From assembly GCF_036971445.1 (NCBI RefSeq), contig NC_091472.1:241428001-241492000 (forward strand): a stretch of 64,000 nt of DNA, written 5' to 3'. This document shows positions 51,151 through 63,559 of this stretch, in pieces. This DNA is from Narcine bancroftii. Its lineage: Eukaryota. The notes under the pieces were generated by a model, which did not search any database, had not been told where the DNA came from, and saw only the letters and a program-made list of their open reading frames with translations. Numbering within the stretch: position 1 is the first letter of the stretch; each line of letters starts with the position of its first letter. Position numbers and translations under genes: made by a program.

Positions 51151-51489
51151 TTAGGGCGAATAGTGATGGACAATTTGCCGAGTATAATTATTGAAATAGT
51201 TTAATTTCCATGTTTGTAATTAGATCACTTTTCATCAAACTATGCCATGATCATCTGTATGAGAATTTTTTTTGTACAGAATGAAGTTTTGCATCCTCCT
51301 AACATTTAGGAGGTGGAGGCATTGTATGAATTCCATGAAACAAATTCCATTCCTATTCTCAGCTGCTTACACCCTGGTGAGCTTTACAAATTGTCTTGCC
51401 TGTCACCAAAACCATTTACTTGATTGCAAAATTGCCCTTTTTTCACAAATCTTTATGCATATTTTTGTTGTGTTCATTTTCTATTCTAT

Positions 51490-51670
51490 TGAAAAGTGGT
51501 AATTGGTGGCTCCCTTATTCCATCCTATTTAAAAACCCTTGATGAAGGGCTCAAGCCCGAAACTTGGTTATGTATTTTTATCTTTGCTATATAAATGACC
51601 TGCTTATTTTCTCCAGCATTGTGTTTTTACTTCAACTACAGATTGTCTGCAGACTTTCGTGTTTTACTAT
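51490..51670 (+). mobile_element. Penelope-like terminal fragment with hammerhead-like core
   Basis: aacccttgatgaagggctcaagcccgaaacttggtt at 51534-51569. Confidence 0.65.
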
Positions 51671-51986
51671 TGTTCGAAACGTACTGAAGGTGTAGGTTAA
51701 TTGGTTGTAAATTTGGTGGCATGGACTTGTGGGTCAAATGAACTGCTACCAGGCTGCAGAGAAAATCTGGGGAATAGAACAAACTGAATTGCTGTGACAA
51801 AAAGCTTGTGCTGGTTTGATTGGATTATATGGCTTATGTTATGGTTCCAATCTGACTCTTTAACATTCTCTGTGTTCTGAAGTATTTACCGGTCAAATAT
51901 TAAATGAGACCCCTTTTTTTTTAAATTGTTGTTAACTAGTATCCAGTTTTCATATAATTAAATACCACAAATTGCAATGTCGTAAA

Positions 51987-52245
51987 GGCGACACAGTTAA
52001 TGGTTAGCACAACACTATTACAGTGCCAGTGACCCAGGTTCTTATCTGGTGCTGTCTGTAAGGAGTTTGTACGTTCTCCCCATGTCTGCGTTGGTTTCCA
52101 TCTGGATGCTCCAGTTTCCTTCCACTCTTCAAAACGTACCGGGATGGTAGATTAACTGGGATATTTAGGTGGCACAGGCTTGTGGGCCTGAAGGGCCTGT
52201 TACCATGTGAATATCTCAATGAAATTTTTTTAAATTAAATGAAAT
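51987..52245 (+). mobile_element. tRNA-derived SINE, near full length
   Basis: A-box-like tggttagc, B-box-like ggttcttatc, shared core and LINE-like tail gggcctgaagggcctgttacc. Confidence 0.78.
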
Positions 52246-52790
52246 AAATGATGAAATATTACTGAACTGAAACGTTAACTCTAATTCTTCCATTGCCTAT
52301 GATGTCTGACCTAATGAGTACTTTCAGCATTTTGTAATTCTACTTTGAATTTCCACTTTATAGGTTTTTTTATTTGCTTTGTAGTTGATTCCTAGTTTAG
52401 TGAGCAAACAATGAAGCTGGAGAGACTTTGTGGGTCATAAAGTATCTAAGGAGAAAAATAGAATGTCAACTTTTAGATCCTTTTTCCAAGACCTATTTTA
52501 CTTGTGTTAATGTGGCTTAGACATAGAAAATTTACCTCTTCTTACTGGAACAATGCTGAGAGATCTTTTTACACGTATCTGAAAAAGCATAGATTTCCTT
52601 ACTTTGATTCATCTTGACTGCCCTATTTACATATTGAAATAGGTCTCAATTTATTCCATCAAGCATTGATGTTCCAAAATATTAACAAGGACAAATGCTG
52701 CTTCTTTATTGTAAAATGTTGATAAATGATGACTAAAACTGCCAACTTTATTGTGCAGAGATAAAGATGTACATTCTCTTTTCCCTGCAG

Positions 52791-52848
52791 GTGAACCACA
52801 TATAGATGGAGAGCCAGGTGATCTGAAATTCAAAATAAAAGTTTTAAA
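52791..52848 (+). CDS. DNAJB11: DNAJB11 exon 7
   Basis: (G)EPHIDGEPGDLKFKIKVL(K); ctgcag/gtgaga; 58 nt. Confidence 0.94.
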
Positions 52849-54084
52849 GTGAGAAATACTTTGATTTACTTCTCTAATCTATGACTGTTGGATGACTTCC
52901 TTTTTTTTCTTCATCTCAGCTTCAAAGTTAGCAATTTTGTCAATTAACATTCTTGATGAATAGAGAGATGGATGCCTCATTAAAAAGCCTGTATCTTTCC
53001 ATCCAATGGGTGAAGACACTATAAATAGTGCCATTTTAAATGGAATGTAGGTACATAGGGCAAGTGACTCAATTTTGTACATCTTTGCAGATGTTAGAAC
53101 AAGTTACTGAACCTATTTTTTTAAGAAAACAAATGAGGCCTTGTGATTAGATATTTTTTAATAGAAAATGAACTTTAGCAAACTTAAATCCTAGTTTGGT
53201 CTTTGTCAAAGATGTCCAGCTCTGGACACAAAGTTTATGGATATAAAAGATTTAAATGATGTAGAGAATGTTTACTAGAATGATAATGGAGAGCAAGAAT
53301 TTAAAATGTCTGGAGACGCTGGTGACGTTAAAATTTCTCTCCTTCGAGCAGAAGGCTTATGAGGAGATTTAATATTCAAAATGGAGTATTTTGATAGAGC
53401 AGTCAGAAAGATGTATTTCCACTTTTTAGAGGGTCTATAACCAGAGATTTAAAAAGCAAAAAAATTATGAAGTGTGAGGAGGTATGGAAATTAGGTGTTG
53501 AGCTGTGCAGAAGATTGTGAAAAGAAAGCACAGCAAGTACATTTTTAATCCTCTTGAAAGGAGACATTTGTATAATTATTGAAGGGAATTCAAGGATTCT
53601 ACATATGTAGTGGGCTGAAGGGACTGCTACATAATTTCATGAAATTTCATGTAAATCAAGCAGTTCAGTGGATTGGAGTAATTGCTGAGGAATATATCTC
53701 TGGATTTGTGGAAATCTTAAAAACTCTTGGCTGTGGCATCAAAGTACATGTAGTTAAGTCCATAACAAATTGGATAACTTTCTTTCATTTTTAATTTTTT
53801 GAGATTGGATATCTTGACTGTGGTGCAAGCTCTGAGCAAAACTTGCTTTCAAAATTGAACAAACAATGAGAAACTGGAGGAGGTCAATGAGTCAGGTAGC
53901 ATCCATGGAGGCCCATTTTCAAGAAGTGGATTTCAACCCAAAAGCTTCACTATTTCTCTCCATGGATGCTGCCTGTTGTTGGCAAAATAGTTAAATGCCT
54001 GCTACAGTTCGTAATGTTAAGATGTACCAAGAAAATAGATCATTTGTCTAGTTTAATCTCACCGATACCTTTCTTTCACTTTAG

Positions 54085-54196
54085 ACACCCAGTGTTTGAA
54101 AGACGGGGTGATGACCTGTACACTAATGTCACAATTTCATTGGTAGAAGCGTTGATAGGTTTCGAAATGGATATTTCTCATTTGGATGGACACAAG
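54085..54196 (+). CDS. DNAJB11: DNAJB11 exon 8
   Basis: [37 protein letters not shown] (NVT sequon); tag/gtaagt; 112 nt. Confidence 0.96.
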
Positions 54197-54417
54197 GTAA
54201 GTTACTTCTGAGAGTAGAGATTAGGCTTTATAACATTAGTACAATTTTAGACCATTCTAATTAATTTTGTGTATTTGTTCTCATGATAATAAATAATTAA
54301 GTCTCTCCAGTTGATTTTATGTGAAGTAGAAAATTATTCATTTTAAGCTTGCATTTAAACGTTTAATGTCATCTCTTTAGAAGTTTGATTTTAATTTTGT
54401 CTTGCATCTTTTTTCAG

Positions 54418-54577
54418 GTTCATGTAGTTAGAGATAAGATTACAAAACCCAGTGCAAAACTATGGAAGAAAGGAGAGGGGTTACCAAACTTTGATAACAA
54501 CAACATTCGAGGTTCCCTCATAATAACATTTGATGTGGATTTCCCCAAGGACAAACTTACTGATGATCAGAAGGAGG
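54418..54577 (+). CDS. DNAJB11: DNAJB11 exon 9 (GC donor)
   Basis: [53 protein letters not shown]; donor G|gcaagt; 160 nt. Confidence 0.93.
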
Positions 54578-56238
54578 GCAAGTATTAATTTGTTAAATTG
54601 CTTTCTTCTAGGTTACCATTCTGGTTAACATCTGAACAGCTATTTTAACTGTTTTGTATTTTATTCACATTTAATTTTTTTGATTATTTACTAGCCACAT
54701 TGATATTGTTGCCAATTGGAGAAGGGAAGAAAGTAAGGCACTTGCTGTGTCATTTTGATCCAGTGACATACTTTAGCAACTTTGCTCTAGTTCATTGTGG
54801 AAATGACTTTTCTTTTCACCTGATTCCATAATAAATCGACAAGGAATTGTGAATCATGGGAATTTTTAGATGAAAAAGTCCATGAGCTACCTTGATGATC
54901 TTGTTGCATAATAAGGTTGATAACCAAAGATGGCAATTATTTTGTCAAGTAATTATGCATTCATTGTGGTAATTCCTCTCCATCTCTTCTTGATACCTGG
55001 AATTCCTGGAACTTTGATATCCTTAGTCTGGGCATCAATTGACTATATTAAATCTTATAATGAAGTAACTTTATTATAAATTTCTTTCGGTCCTCAATGG
55101 ACTGAGATCACTTCCTGTAAATAATTTCTGTTATATCTAATTGCAAGAACCAAAATATATAAGAATATTTAGAGAAGCATGTATTGGTTCTGCCTAATTA
55201 AGAACCACCATCCTGATGATTTAAGGTATCACTTATTCTAAGCTCATTTTGATTTGAAACAAAAGTGAATTTAAATTAGAATGGATGGAATTCAGAAAAT
55301 TAATTATTTTCCTCAAACATTTTGTAATTTAAATTCATAGACAAACCTTTCTTGGTAGGCTAAATTTTAACTCCCAAAAATGAATAGATTGCCAAAAGTT
55401 TGGATGCAACTGGAACTGGGAAAGACCATTTTAACTTTTAAGAGAAAGAAGAAGTAGCTCCAGTTATTAGAAAAGCTGGCAGGTAAAAAAGAGAGAAGGG
55501 TTAAAGCAATGATGCAAATCCCTTTGCAAAATATTTTGTCATTCATCAGGAACAGGAATTTTCCTTCATGTTCCACAAACTACTCTGACACTCTTTTAGT
55601 ATTGTATGTCTGAGGCAGATGTCCTGTTCCATAAGCTTCAGCCTATCACTTGGACTCCCTGTCAATTAATACACCCACATCAAAAAGCCTGGATTTAAAT
55701 TCTCCCTACACTTTTTGGCAAGGACTGCATATGGTGACAATGCAATAGCCACCAGTGTGGAGATGGGGAATTCACCTGTTAATCAAGTCTGGTAACCCCA
55801 CTCCTTTGTGACTGTGGTTGATTTTGTACACATAATTTGCATGTAATTGTATTTCACATTACAGTTATGAGAAATTGCATTTTTACTAGATGCTGCAGTT
55901 TCTCTGCACTTTAAAATTGGCTGATTACTGAATAAATTGATCTTCATTTGGGGAAAACAATATTCAGGTTTCTTGACTTTGGAACAGGCTCTGCTATACC
56001 ACATTGCCCAAAGAGTACCCTCTCCAAAGCTAAAATCTGGGGGTTTTTTTAATGTGTGGGTTTTTATGCTGGTTTGCAAAAATTGATAACTCTGGTGGAG
56101 AAATGGAGATGAAGTTCTGATTCTTGCTCATCTGAGAACCCTTGTGGGGAAGTGCTGACAGCTTGAGGTGTATCTTAACTTTAGAGAAGATGTAGATTGA
56201 AATCCAAAATAGATTTATCTTTTTTTTGTATCCTGCAG

Positions 56239-56303
56239 ATATAAAGAATCTGCTTAAACAAGGACCAGTGAAGAAAGTCTACAATGGACTTCAGGGATAT
56301 TGA
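56239..56303 (+). CDS. DNAJB11: DNAJB11 exon 10 (last coding exon)
   Basis: (D)IKNLLKQGPVKKVYNGLQGY*; acceptor cctgcag. The spliced CDS totals 1074 nt and stays in frame. Confidence 0.95.
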
Positions 56304-57203
56304 TGTAAACACAGAAGAAACAAACTTTTATGTGAAAGTTAAAATTTAATTATTTATTATCTGAGGTTTCTAATGTTGAATGTATTCCTTAATTTGGGCA
56401 AGGGAGTGTAGGAGAACTGCTAATCTTTTAAAAACTAAAATCTGTGCAAAAAAATACAAGATTATAGTTTTTCTTAAAGCATCCTCATTTCTCTCCATCT
56501 ATCTTTCCTCGCCCTCCCCTTAATCAAAAAGAAATAGTTGACTGGTCAGAAGAGTAAAATTATTGGCATTTTAAAATGAATGGATGTCTTAAATGCTCCT
56601 ATTCCAAGCAGAAAGGGCAAACAAAACTTCTCATCACCTTTAAAAGGTGCTCTTTAAAATATTTGGTATTGTTCAATTTCAAACTAAGATGCAAGTACAG
56701 ATTACAATACAGAATTATTTGCGTAGTTTCAATTAAACTTGTTTTTTGTACATATAGCCAAAAATTGCTCCAGAAATGACAACAATTGTTTCTGTTGTCT
56801 CTTGTGGGCTGCGAAGAATGCAACATTAGTCCCAAATGGCATATCTAAGAAAAATAATTTATTCATACTTGAATGGACTATGCATTGCTTTTGATGGTTT
56901 CTGAAACTTTGAGGAAGCCGTATGACTACAATATCATTTATACCTGTACAGCACACTTCATGTAAAATTGTCAAAATTATATTTCTGGAAATGTGCACAG
57001 AGATAATGACATTGTTGTAAATTCATTAACTAACATTGATTGGAAAGAAAATAACATTTGCCCCACAGATTGTGTGCATTATTTTAATTGGAGAATGGAG
57101 TATTTACCTTTTTTCAGAAAATCGATTATTCCAAAATACTTAAAGAACATTTTTTTAAAAAAGAGTTGGAGTGTAATTCCATTCAGATATCAGATGAATA
57201 CTA

Positions 57204-58288
57204 AATAAAATGCTCCTTCCAGACATTGGGATAAGATTTTAGAATTCCTTTTGTCATCAATTAATCTTCCTCAAAAGTTATAGCTACAACAGACTGAAAA
57301 ATGGCTAAAATATTAGACACTTCTTTCTTTCTTAAGGTAGAAAGAATCTATTGGCCGTTTATTTGATTATTTGATACATTGTGGAGGTGCAGAGCTTGAA
57401 AGGATCTACGTAAATGATTCAACTGTATTTTCATGTGATGTTCCATTTATAACTAGCAATGTTATCTATTCATTATGTAATTGAAACATGCAGCCTTAAA
57501 ACTGTTGTTTTCAAATTTCAGATTACAAAATTGTGAACTGCTTTTGGAAGAATAAATTGCTGTATGTTTCTATTGAATGTTTCTCACATCCTACTGTTTT
57601 AATGCAAATGTTTCCTCATGATTTCTACCACTGAAAAAAAAATACCAAGAAGTTTTATTTTTAAAAAATTTTGGTGTGTAAAGTAAACATACTTTAGGAT
57701 AAAACATTTTTTGGTGTATATATAGTTTAAAAACTGTTAGTGTTCGGTTAAGACATCTTTTTGAAGCCAACGTATTTTCACAATTAAAATCACTAAATGT
57801 GTATAGAAAAATATCCTTGTCTGGACAATCGCGATCTGTGACATGACAAATAGTTTGTCATTTTAAATACAGAAGGATATGGCTTGAGTTACTTTCAAGA
57901 TCTTTCAGTAAATAGAACAACATTAAATCATAGCGTCTGCAAGCTTGATCCTTTTTGAACACTTGGGAGTTGAAGTGTGTGTTTCTTTATGATGTAGATT
58001 TTTCTAATTTTAAGATAAGTGAATGAATTTAATTAAAGATAACTGTGTGAATTGCAAACAAATGGATTAATGGGGTAGTGAAAACAAGTTAAATTCATTG
58101 TAATATAATTTGGACTACTGTTACAATTTTTTTTAACAAGTATTGTAAAATTGTACTTTTATAGTTTTTTTTGGAAGTACTTTGTTAAAACCAATGCTCA
58201 GTTTACTTTCAAACAAATGATGGTTGACTCACAGATGCTTTGTTTGTCAGTCAATTCAATTTTTAGGGAGGATGGAGTCTATAATAAA
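57204..58288 (+). terminator. Candidate DNAJB11 polyadenylation signals
   Basis: AATAAA at 57204, 57551 (followed by GT/T-rich sequence) and 58283 in AT-rich 3' sequence. The site actually used is unknown. Confidence 0.4.
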
Positions 58289-60289
58289 TTTAATTGAATG
58301 GGGAACAAGGCTGAATGTTAGAAGTAAGTTACATCAAAGCCACATTTCTCAATGAATAACAGTTTTTATATTTTGTCAGGAACAAAAAGAAATGTAATGA
58401 AAGTAAAATAGTGACTTCAGATGTTGGAAAACTGAAACCACACAAAATGCTGAGGAACTTGATGGGTCAGGCAGCATCAATGGAAGTTAACAGATGTTTC
58501 ATCCTTCGGACCAAAACCCTTGATCGGGACTGCCAAGAAAGAGGGCAGTCTTTATTTTCCAGCATCTGCAGTCTTGTTCACTTCTCACTCCCCTCAACCT
58601 TTATTCCTTGGCAGTCTTGAGAGTTTTGGCCCAAAACATTGTCTCTTGCCTTCTATGGATGCTGCCTGACCTACTGAGTTCCTTCACCATTTTATATGTA
58701 ATGAAAAGTGTTTATTATCATCTACCCTTGCCTGGGTTAAATAAATTGCAAAAAAAAAACCCAATTCCACTGAATCTTTCCCACCTATTATTTCGGAACA
58801 GAACATTTTATAACATGTGAATCCATGTTGCAAATGAAGTTGAAATTTTATGCTTTTTTTTTGTCTTGACACCAGAATGAGGCTTGTAAGAAGTGAATTT
58901 GGAGGGGGGTGGGGGGGAGAGACTTTCATTCTGCTATAGCTTGATCTGCTTGGATTATTTACAATGCAAGTAGCATTTCTTTAGGAATGAAATGGAATTG
59001 GACTGTAAAAGAATGAGACAGGTTAACATTTCGCTAGAGATGTAATTGAATTTAACCATAATTTTATCACAATAATTCTGAGAACAAATGCTGATAGAAC
59101 CCTTAGCAGTCTTAGTGAATATTTTGTTTTCTGACCTGTTGCACTGATCTTAATCTTGCCAGAGAGTTCCTTTTTAAAGAGGAAAAAAAAGTATCATTAA
59201 AAGTTGACTGCTAGTCATAACTCTTTTTTCCCCCAAGGGATTCTGCCCAAAATAATTTGTGCACTTCCACTCTACACCTTATTTGTTTTGATAGTCAAGA
59301 GGAAAAAAATGTTTATATTTAGCAGATGAGCAAAGTTCTGCATGTGTGAAATGTAGCATTTCACAGAAAACCTGGAGCTTGCTGCAAGCTTTTTTTAATT
59401 TCAGATACTACTCCTAATTTATTTGTATGTAACTCCTTCCTTTGGGTTTCATGGTGATGACTTTATGATTGCATTAGGTCTTGATTGGGTTTTTGAGAAT
59501 TGTACAGAAAGTAACAAATGATTTAGAGATTGTTTCATCACTTGAGTAATTTACATTTTTACATTGCATTGTCACCTAACCCAAATCATGTTAAAGGCCT
59601 TAAAAGATTAAGTATCAAGGCAATGTGCCCTGAGTATTATCACAAGTGATCCACAGGCTCGTTTGGACAAATAGTTAGGTGAAAGGTTGGATTTAATCAT
59701 TTAAAAAAAAAACTGATAGTTGCTAGGTGAAAGTACAGCTGTCAATGGGAAAAAAATAAATAAATTTGGCAATGCTTTATAGGGGCACTGCAAATGGATC
59801 AGTGTTGGTATAAAGGGATGAGACAACAGAGGAACATGGAAACAGTGTTAGCTTTTAATTTTATTTGAATGCTATATGAAAGTTAGCTGGATTCAAATAG
59901 CATTTGATGGAAATTAGATTGACCCGTTCAAAGAAATAGATAAAATTTAAGCTCACTGAGGCAAGAGAAGTCTGAAATAATAGTTGTGCCTGTGGCTCTT
60001 GGGCAGAGCTAACTTCAAACGAAGAGCTACTGGAAGAATTATGATTTGTAAACTAGAGGACCACAACTGAATGTTTCCAGCATATTTTAAATTTTTGCTG
60101 GTTCTTAATTCTCAAGGCCTTTTGATGAGCAACCTAACTTTCCATCTAAGAAATGGCTTTGCTGCTCCTCTCACGTCGGTCTTTGTGGGTTTCCATCCAG
60201 TTTTTGCCGTGTTTGGAGAGATTGCAGCTATTTAAAAAGTACCTAATAATTGCTTAGAATTCAGATGTCGAGCAGCTATTGTTCATTTG

Positions 60290-60534
60290 CCGGTGCTACA
60301 GGAAACGCGCTGGAGCATTTCGTTCAGTCGCTCCCCCCCCCTTCCAACTTCGCCAATGTAGGGTACAGAAGCCGAGGCTGACGGACAGCGGCGTGAGGCT
60401 CCGCCTTCTCTATTGCGTCAGGGGGACGAGCTTCTCCGGAGAGCCAATGGGAAAGGCGAGCGGCGCGACGAAAGCGCGGGAAAGTGCGGGCGAGCCGAGG
60501 CGAAGAGAGTGAGGGGTCGCAGCGGAACGGAAGC
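60290..60534 (+). promoter_or_regulatory. CpG-island cell-cycle-type promoter (NF-Y + E2F)
   Basis: CCAAT at 60353 and 60444; TGCGTCA at 60414-60420; E2F site GCGGGAAA (TTTCCCGC on minus) at 60476-60483. Confidence 0.75.
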
Positions 60535-60650
60535 ATGGACAACTTTAAGAAGGTTGAGAAGATCGGGGAGGGGACCTACGGAGTGGTCTATAAAGCTATG
60601 AATATAGTAACGGGAGAGATGGTGGCTCTGAAAAAAATAAGACTGGACGC
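60535..60650 (+). CDS. CDK2/CDK3-family cyclin-dependent kinase, first coding exon (116 nt); remainder beyond the window
   Basis: [38 protein letters not shown](A), with G-loop, T14/Y15 and K33; Kozak agcATGG; donor gtaagt in phase 2 as in CDK2/CDK3. Confidence 0.93.
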
Positions 60651-61929
60651 GTAAGTTACTGCCAGCTGACAGGGTTCCTGCCAGGGTTCTGTGCTGACAG
60701 TCTGAGCTTCGTGCTCATCTCGAGATTTTACCTTCAGGAATAAAATAAGGAGCACTCTAGTCTTCCTGAGATTGCACATGCCCTGTTCACAGAATTACAT
60801 CACAAACCTTTTGTCTAAGATCCAAATGTTTTGGATGTTTATTTTAAAAAAAAAGCCCCATCCGGTATCTTAACTTTGACAAACATCCAACGGTTGCTCG
60901 ACGACTTGTGAAAATCGAGCAAGGGGACCCTGAACCATCCACACAGCGACATCTGAACTCGAGTAGCCTAAGGCTGCAGAGAGCGTCCCCCCCCCCCCCC
61001 CCCCCCCCCCTCCGTGGCCCACCCACTCTTGCATCTGGCGCTCAACCACGGCAGTAAATTTGCAAAGCAGAACCTTATTATTCTTTACAACCTCCTGGTG
61101 ATCAAAGTCAGGGGAATGTTAGCGCAGTGCTTGTGGAGAGCAATAACTGCAAAGCAGTTCATTACCCTGGAGCCCAGTTTTAATGTGAATTACTTTTAAG
61201 TCGATCACTGTGCATTGATGCCCAGTGACGAAGTTTGTTTGGCAAACAGCTGGTCACCCCAACAGTTAAAAACATGGTACAAAGTATGGTTGTAGAGAAA
61301 GATCAGTTGATACAGAGCAAAGGCAACAATCCTTTAAAGAAAATTTAAATGAAAAATATTAATGTTAGATGTGTTGAAGTGAAAGGATGGGAAAGTAGAG
61401 CTGTTGCAGAGTAACTTGCAAAATATCCCCAAACTCTGGCACTCTCTTGAATCAATCTTGTATAGAAATTAATGATTGAATGGCAACTCTTCCCCATTTA
61501 AAAAAAAAATTGCATACAGGAGCAGCTGTAACTTGCCCAAGTGCGCACAAATGCAAGGAATCCGACCATTAAAAAGGAATTGCTCAGAACCCATCACGAG
61601 GCTGTATTTGTTGCCCATGCCTGAATGTCCCAGATTATTGGTTGTCAACCTTTTTGAATCGAACGCCATCTCAGGTATTCCTTTTTAGGCAGACCACCAG
61701 TGAGGATAGTGGATGCCTAGTAAGCTCGATCTGCTTTATAGATCATTGAGAGGATTTGTGTTTTATTTTCGTGCAAAATAGTTGAGGGAATTTTCCTCTG
61801 GTAAGCCAGATTTGCAGATGCCATTCTTCCTTTCCCTCTCCCATCCCTCAACCTTCTGGACAAAACCCGCAAAGCCAGAGACCATGGGTTAGGAAATATT
61901 ACCCTAGAAAATATGGCATTGAGCTCCCT

Positions 61930-62310
61930 TGTTTAAAGTTCAGATTTAATGTCAGACATACGCAACATCACATGCAGGCCAGGCAGAATTCCTAATGACC
62001 AGTAACTGTAAACTGGACTCAAGAAGAAATAAATGTATAACAAAGAAAGAAATGTAAACTCTGCAATTACAGATAATAAGTATTCAATAATAAATAATGT
62101 GCAAAGTAAGAATCCTTAAATGAGACTCTGAATGAGTCTGTTGTTCAGCAGTCTGATGGCTGAGGGGTAGTAGCTATTCCTAAACCTGGAGGTATGAGTC
62201 TTGTGGCACCAGGACCATTTTCCTGATGGCAGAAGCAAGAATAGAGCATGTCCTTGGTGGTGGGATCCTTAATGATTGCTTCTGCTCTCTAATGGCAATA
62301 TTCCATGTAG
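61930..62310 (-). mobile_element. Rex/Babar 3' remnant
   Basis: gcagtctgatggctgaggggtag...ctattcctaaacctggaggtatgagtcttgtggcacc...tttcctgatggcag, similar to 49820-49900. Confidence 0.65.
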
Positions 62311-62322
62311 GTGTTTGAGATT

Positions 62323-62575
62323 AGTGGTTCTCAACCTTTTTCTTTCCAGTCACATACCACTTTAAGTATTCCCTATGCTCTGTGATTAGTAAGGGATTGC
62401 TTAAGGTGGTTTGAAAACCACTGTTTTAATTCTACCTAATTGACTCATTAGGTGCATAGTTTCATAACTCAAGCAAAATATTTCAGTAACTGTTGGGTCT
62501 AGAGCAGTGATCCTCAACCTTCCCTTCTCATTCACATACCACCTTAAGCAATCCCTTACTAATCACAAAGCACTG
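62323..62575. mobile_element. Partial copy of the hAT MITE at 32328-32702
   Basis: Shared gggattgcttaaggtgg, tttgaaaaccactgttttaat and acctaattgactcatta segments. Confidence 0.85.
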
Positions 62576-63559
62576 ACTTTGTGAGCTCTCTTTAAACAAT
62601 AATCCAGGTAAATCACATCAGTGGTGGGAGGGAATGTGTGACTAATTAAACAGCTCTTCCAAGAAGATAGGATGATCTAAATAAATTAGTTTTCTTTATC
62701 ATTCCACAGTTTAAACTGTTTCTCTTTACAAAATCTTAATTTTCCTATTTATTTTCCTTTATAGCAACTAATTTGATTCTTAATTCACTTGGACTGAAGG
62801 GTCTGTTTTCTATGATGTAATGTACTATGGTTCCCTGATTCTATCACAAGCTGAACCTTGAGTCCTAACTCAAACAGAAGGGAGACCTTATCACGTATTT
62901 GACAAAATGTGGATATTTTGAATGATAAATTCTAAAAGGTACTATTGAAAAACAGATGATGAGAAGATGTGTAGGATGGTGGGTTTGCAGAAGAACAAAT
63001 AGATGTTGTAACCTCAATGCTATAACTCACATTTGTTAGTTTGCAATGAATTAGGGGACATTCATTTTGAGCTCAATTGTATGGTAAGTTTAGTTATTTG
63101 ATATTTGTATCAAAGACAGAGGGCCATAGTATTTCAGCTTGGAATTAACACCTATTCAGCTGTTTTTGGTTCATTAATACAGCCAGAAGAAGAACCCTGT
63201 TTTACTACAGATTCTTCCATAAAAGCACCAGAAAATTGCTCACATGAATAGATCGAAATGAGCTGAAGAACTGAGAGGATATTTTGTTGTTGTTAGGTAA
63301 TATGTGTGGAAAATAGCTCTTGGGATTACTGTTTTCATCATTTAATTGTTCTGTTAACAAAACTGGACAACAGTTTTTTTTTAAAGGTTTGTTTCCTGAA
63401 AGAAAATTGCGGATTATGATAGATAACTATGCTGAACACAAAGATAATTTCAGATTTGCTGTATCACATAGGAAGTTGGAGCAACATTAAATTAACTTTT
63501 ATTGAATTTAGCATTAAGCATATACTCGCCACAAATCTAAAAGAAAATATTGTAGCTGT

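Noticed and set aside
51987-52070. tRNA gene
   Set aside because: The A/B-box-like head continues into the repeated SINE body and no cloverleaf is evident.
60279-60601. ORF-track calls over the kinase promoter
   Set aside because: Wrong frames; the real exon starts at ATG 60535.
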